A stretch of DNA of 64,000 nt from Candidatus Cloacimonadales bacterium. Lineage in GTDB: Bacteria > Cloacimonadota > Cloacimonadia > Cloacimonadales > JAIOQZ01. Under the pieces are notes generated by a model. That model ran no database searches, was not told the origin of the DNA, and saw only the letters and a list, made by a program, of their open reading frames with translations. The stretch is taken from contig OY771587.1 of assembly GCA_963674825.1 (NCBI GenBank), positions 3,744,001-3,808,000 on the forward strand. Direction: 5' to 3'. The position numbers were made by a program, and so were the translations under genes. Positions 61,901 through 64,000 of the stretch are shown here, in pieces; position 1 is the stretch's first letter; each line of letters opens with the position of its first letter.

Positions 61901-64000
61901 CGCAAGGAACGATCACAATAGGCGGCTATGCTCCATCCACTACATCAGTGATGATCGGATCGCCCAATACGCTTTCCGATCCATACTTCGAGACCTATCA
62001 AGTCTTCTACTCACATTTTGATAATGTAGACGAGACCTGCAACCTATGGGATTCCTCGAATGATGCCAACTTGGCAAACGCCGCCCAACAACCTGTCACG
62101 ACCGTTACCGGTCTCACACCGAACAGGAATTACTATTTTGCATTGCGCGGAATCGATGAAGCAGGTAATGCGAACGCCTTCAGCAATGTACTTTATATTC
62201 CAACCGGAGGAGAATCGAGTCCGCCAGATGCCCCAGAAAACGTAATGGCAACCGATAATACGAACTACATCGAGCTCTCTTGGGATATGTCTCCACAGGC
62301 TGATGTTACTCAATATAATATATATCGAGGTACGGTATCCGGCTCTTTGAGCCTACTGACAACCGTAGATGTTTCTGGACGTGCAATAACGCCGCAACAT
62401 CAGTATCAGGATACCCAGATTATCTTCGGTACGACCTACTATTACCAGGTATCGGCTGTTACATCTGAAAGTCAGGAAGGCGCATTATCTTCCGAAATCG
62501 AGGTTGAACACAGCCATCCAGGAGAACTGTATGCCAATTTCTCCGCTAATGTTACAGAAATCACGTTGGGAGACACCATCCACTTCACCGATCAATCAGG
62601 TGGTGGTGTAGGAACAATCATCTCCTGGGAATGGGATTTTGATAACAATGGTACGATCGATGATACGAATCAGCATCCTCATTTCGTCTATCCAGAGACT
62701 GGTCTCTATTCAGTGAGACTCACCGTTACAGATGATGCAGAGAGATCCGACACAATTCTTTCAAGAGTAACGACGACTCCGCAGGCTACCAGTGAAAATC
62801 GACTTCGCTTCCCATCTTCCCAGCGAAGCTCGGTTACAGAGGTAAAGGAAGACTATATCACCGTAAATCCCGAGATCCCCGTGCTTGCGATTGATCCCGA
62901 CAGCCTCGATTTCGGCGATGAGACGACAGAACTCACTTACACGATCTCGAATTCTGGCACCGGGCAACTATACTGGGCGGCCGACGAGAGCGAAGACTGG
63001 ATGTCGATCGCGGAAACCAGCGTTCGGTTTGTGGCAGCGTCCCGTGTGATGCGAAACAGCATCGGAGGCAGCGTGGCGAGTGGCGATTCGTCACAGGTCC
63101 TTGTTTCTATCGACCGCACAGATCTGATCGAAGGCGATTACGATGGCACGATTTCCGTCACTTCCAACGGCGGAACACAGGATATCAACGTACACATGGA
63201 AGTGGTTGGCAATGCCCCAGATGCACCGACGAACCTGCTTGCCTACCCTGCTGATAGCGAAGTCAGCCTGACATGGGACAGCAATACGGAAGCTGATCTG
63301 GACGCATACCGGCTCTACCGGGATACAACTCCGAATCCTACCACGCTTGTTGCCGTAATCGATGCCAATCTGCGCAGCGTGACATATCTGGATACGCTCC
63401 TGACCAATGGTGTTACGTATCACTATCACGTGACGGCAGTGGATGTTTTGGGCAACGAAAGCGATCCATCCAACGAGGTAACGGCGACCCCTGTCGAGAT
63501 ACCGACTTACTGGTTTGTCTCGACCACGGGTACCGACGGGCCTGATTACGGAAGCCAGACAGAGCCTTTCGCGACCATCCAGTACGCGATCGATACAGCG
63601 GTATCGGGCGATACGATCCAGGTCGCGGACGGCGTTTATCATGAGAATATAAATTTCGACGGCAAAGACCTGCTGCTGACCTCGGAATACTTCGTCGATG
63701 AAGATACCAGCCATATCTTCAACACGATAATCGATGGCGGAGGAAACAACCGTGTCGTGACTTTCGTGAATGGCGAAAGCTCGCAAGCGATTTTGAATGG
63801 TTTAACCCTCCGTAATGGAAATGCATCTTACGGTGGCGGTATTTACTGCCAGAATGCCAGTCCGATGTTGAGCCACCTGCGGGTGGTCGGCAACTATGCC
63901 AACTACGGCGGCGGAATTGCCCTGATCGAATCCGATTGCCAGATGATCCGGCTGGAGGTGACCGGTAACCAGGCTCTACATAAGGGTGGCGGTTTATACC
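52981..64000 (+). CDS. Second giant secreted paralog, >3670 codons, truncated by the window end (not in ORF track)
   Basis: AGGAG RBS + MSKFIVFFLSLVSIYTLSA. Spot-checked in frame throughout: GLUG-type domains, PKD, beta-helix, SBBP-like propeller, 3 LamG, FN3. Its absence from the track implies no stop before the edge. Confidence 0.9.
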   Translation, partial: MSKFIVFFLSLVSIYTLSADGVAPSGAGTEQSPYLISSLDNLLWLSTTTSVWNDGAYFEQTADIDASDTQTWNGGAGFSPIGTDETNKFVGNVDGGNFTISNLYIYLPSNEDVGLFGYADSSRFENITIEDSEVHGDDRSAILIGRVNKYSEIDNCHIINSSVDGEGGCGLLCGYAWHHCEIRSSSASGTVSVTQNAGGCIGYVNYECLVEDSYSSANVIATGGYAGGFIKSNNLSIVRECYSTGDVQGTSYIGGFASSGYESIINCFCSGSVTSTGEYSGGFAGAVFGSVYNCYTVSELSGNTYDGGFVGYYNGTLFSNCIWSNTLSDPGTAVGREISGSYNNLEESNHDEMRLESTFTSLGWDFLGETGNGTNEYWHTNPNVNDGFPFLYHGEVFADFSADITVTEAGIDIHFSDESVPQDSVSSWEWDFDGDGSVDSYIQNPIWSYSSTGVFSPALRINGDHENEFCYIEKTGYIVIIDPADGTGTENDPFLISSLGNLLWLSYTQSVWDDGAYFKQTSNIDATPTYNIDNHRGFVPIGNNSVQFNGTFNGNDYTIANLFVDKPAQIYIGLFGRTLNAYIENVNLTSASMTGDRWVGALAGLSQTTDIANCFSSGLIQGNDTFGGLMGKIDGSIVSSSSECDVEGGRVAGGLAGSITLATVSDCYAEGHVHATGDYSGGLIGSNNYSTVQRCYSLGHVTGSDKVGGFIGSDYCTLYSPSSITNCVWNTETSGMSTGIGVTDSEGTYSVNGKTSTQMREKSTYTSISWDFVGETANGSADIWDIGPGSNDGYPFFYDPIIIEEDTIWSGPVFTVDADVTIADGVTLTIDPGTVVKFQGHHTLNVQGCLLAVGTEAERISFTIADTTGFSDPETEAGGWGGIRFDNTPVTNDSSKIAYCDIEYGKATDGEHPAICGGAIYVNAFDKIVIDHCNIQNNIAGDDGGAVYCFDSRLSVSCSHFENNYASTDGGALRFLQSNAIINACCFTNNEAEDDGGAIDFYQCDSSRVENCDFTDNETYSTGGAINSYQSSPDVIGCLFASNSAQSEGGGAIMIMGLNSNAKLINCTIISNYGYLGGGILFDCNEGSEPELINNIIYDNTSFDGDQLFLYTQYSDPDIFFCNIEDGQEEFGLNGNVTYDGTYQNNIDVDPGFVGTGDHPYQLGDMSYCADAGHPDLSGLDIPDTDLAGNPRIHNNRIDIGAYEYQGDQFQPDFVWAKSGGFLGTYGVDVDKDGNVYVVGSYVGAIEYSPGLYTEEYGTSDIYVAKLDRDGNWQWVFTAGGVNADEGSDICIGSDGSIYVTGSCNGNVTFGSQTITSTGNNLFILKLESSGEVCWVEPIACGATHSFRNICVDIEDNLYIAGAFTSTIDLGSTYSANGSSCDLYIAKYTNERSWDWVITAGSNNQNDLLLDMEIDKSGFLYATGSYRGNFSLEGHYLSHVSETDVFAVKLSSGGVVEYVTTGTGASNDSGFCITVDDDNNAYIGGNFRSNLTFDGVTNLNSVEADDYDMFIAKLDANGNKVWANSVSSLGSSDGFRDLLLLDNQLKVLGNVEGTALFGETSITSNGESDCFIASMDLQGIFQNVRTFGGTGNDLSYGISSNPVGDLALTGIFSDSIWIGNTQLVAEENYDGFVTQFGYNDPIPAFEASYAADNLTPVAGDVIQFTDTSTGNHTEWYWDFGDGNTSTEQHPTHAFATPGTYEVKMTITKWPFRDRYTTTFTEGDNPESGMIAYYPFTAGSVADSSGCGNDGVNQGAVPAPDRFGIENNCYSFNGDDDYITTSFTPLIYADSAFTMSVWVKVDPYTNSEYYDTILGFESSGSNSFNLRYDAYSWDLFDVYYRDDNHANDVVSIMEHADGVWHHFVVEKTVDGYLNTWEGGVLRYSTELSATGDLNIVTSKSVYLGCSNHNNVASYDFDGYIDDFRFYNRALSASEIQALYHEGGWDDLDQGLVAYYPFNGNASDESWNGNDGDVHTGTSNQPELFFDRFGNPASAYGFDGVDDYIDMGFAPQSWHEITLCGWVNRAVYGNSPIIGEGGQDSGDNDLYLRIFDSNLQFRVRTPGDSKVLQDPNPFIDDQWEFVAATWKISDQLKLYTNGQSVGSMSAQSDTNDYDYSLYIGALHAGTEELASVFNGVIDDIRIYNRVLTEDEIQTLYNEGGWEQLNANFAARDTIVPLGEDVEFFNCSSGQPTGWLWDFGDGNTSTDQNPIHSYEEYGTYDVTLTITKDADQSLITKTGYIHVQDNVNYGMMAYYPFDGDATDASGNWNNGQISGSVVADSNRFEIENESLYLTGSSSRIALNPELVKFQYDEDFSLSVWLKDGGASASDWVITAATDGHGGELNGWALEVNEDHIRWWLSQSANDMLNNYIYEETGLWFHCVLVYDATTHQTGMYHNNVYYPGETLNNTPIYTGEDYCSIGSYFDDGTHQFFWTGNVDNLRIYDRVLSSTEIDSLYHQGGWPPAINAEISVTPDVRRVAVGENLQFNVVSDDSESIVSWEWDFETDGQIDATVQSPQHAFTQSDSYQVSLTVISQYGYHQTVFLDEPIVVVEDIYSQDFDLGGSIPGDWSTSTRADWVPIQEDGDDYAVGVQLGMFDAGTWVLTSPLIDCSAHEGLALIYDNTYTDAPELDSSLQGGFVEYCIDGGDWTEVRHYNAETTQGTEILDLTGTEGTSVQVRFTYTKPMFSNADVWKIDNFKINGTSFDTTPPDPPTNVVAEHVGGQEIVLSWTPVIESRFDKYEVEYGLLDQDFSNLWSTVNDPLLTDRTTNSTVITGLLDYSIYQFRMKAWDQAGNVSDTYSNTAVDTVNAEYVPPVISNPVPEQPSEWHNDYTVTIGCSITDSGVGVDPSTIQYRFDFNGNGTYDELPEEQWTDYQASRRQSVSPVISDAGSTKRKSDLHKNQTLSALSDETNSSTLRNTIFCETDVTSSNTVSEGVMISFEWRSKDEWGNGYANSGTTSLEGIIDDWQVKIDAAPPQGTITIGGYAPSTTSVMIGSPNTLSDPYFETYQVFYSHFDNVDETCNLWDSSNDANLANAAQQPVTTVTGLTPNRNYYFALRGIDEAGNANAFSNVLYIPTGGESSPPDAPENVMATDNTNYIELSWDMSPQADVTQYNIYRGTVSGSLSLLTTVDVSGRAITPQHQYQDTQIIFGTTYYYQVSAVTSESQEGALSSEIEVEHSHPGELYANFSANVTEITLGDTIHFTDQSGGGVGTIISWEWDFDNNGTIDDTNQHPHFVYPETGLYSVRLTVTDDAERSDTILSRVTTTPQATSENRLRFPSSQRSSVTEVKEDYITVNPEIPVLAIDPDSLDFGDETTELTYTISNSGTGQLYWAADESEDWMSIAETSVRFVAASRVMRNSIGGSVASGDSSQVLVSIDRTDLIEGDYDGTISVTSNGGTQDINVHMEVVGNAPDAPTNLLAYPADSEVSLTWDSNTEADLDAYRLYRDTTPNPTTLVAVIDANLRSVTYLDTLLTNGVTYHYHVTAVDVLGNESDPSNEVTATPVEIPTYWFVSTTGTDGPDYGSQTEPFATIQYAIDTAVSGDTIQVADGVYHENINFDGKDLLLTSEYFVDEDTSHIFNTIIDGGGNNRVVTFVNGESSQAILNGLTLRNGNASYGGGIYCQNASPMLSHLRVVGNYANYGGGIALIESDCQMIRLEVTGNQALHKGGGLY
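62839..64000 (+). repeat. About 1.16-kb near-identical duplication, copy 2 (continues to the window edge)
   Basis: Matches 48958-50119. Confidence 0.92.

Noticed and set aside
53138..63786. Many short ORFs listed in 53-64 kb
   Set aside because: All are alternate-frame or antisense shadows of the single giant ORF starting at 52981.

Overview
Bacterial chromosome window. The FlgD-Ig/T9SS-type C-terminal domains ending KKMLLLK and the giant PKD/LamG surface proteins suggest an FCB-group organism, probably Cloacimonadota (inference). 1-14.3 kb is mostly housekeeping and transport: mfd, an ABC substrate-binding protein, DUF4159, an LpxH-like hydrolase, two cyclophilins, a cation:proton antiporter-EIIA fusion, an ABC permease and a PDZ aspartyl protease. 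From 14.4 kb the region is accessory. It has secreted proteins sharing near-identical C-terminal sorting cassettes and a complete 1035-bp IS256-variant element with an 8-bp target duplication. A ~25.7-37.9 kb mobile zone is divided by three direct copies of a terminator + TGCCAAATCGCGTGTCACTTCA site. That zone holds a GC-rich S8 protease, a Mu-like repressor/HTH/transposase/ATPase module without virion genes, an RT-deleted group IIC intron, an IS3 relic and a CTD remnant. It is followed by a four-gene operon: exported TPR-CHAT caspase-like protease, DUF4384-like protein, CHASE2 adenylate cyclase and a 3184-aa surface protein. A second giant paralog of >3670 codons, absent from the ORF track, runs off the window end. 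The best novel-system candidates are the CHAT/CHASE2-cyclase/giant-protein operon and the end-junction-delimited tandem units around the Mu-like transposase. No rRNA, tRNA or CRISPR array was recognised.
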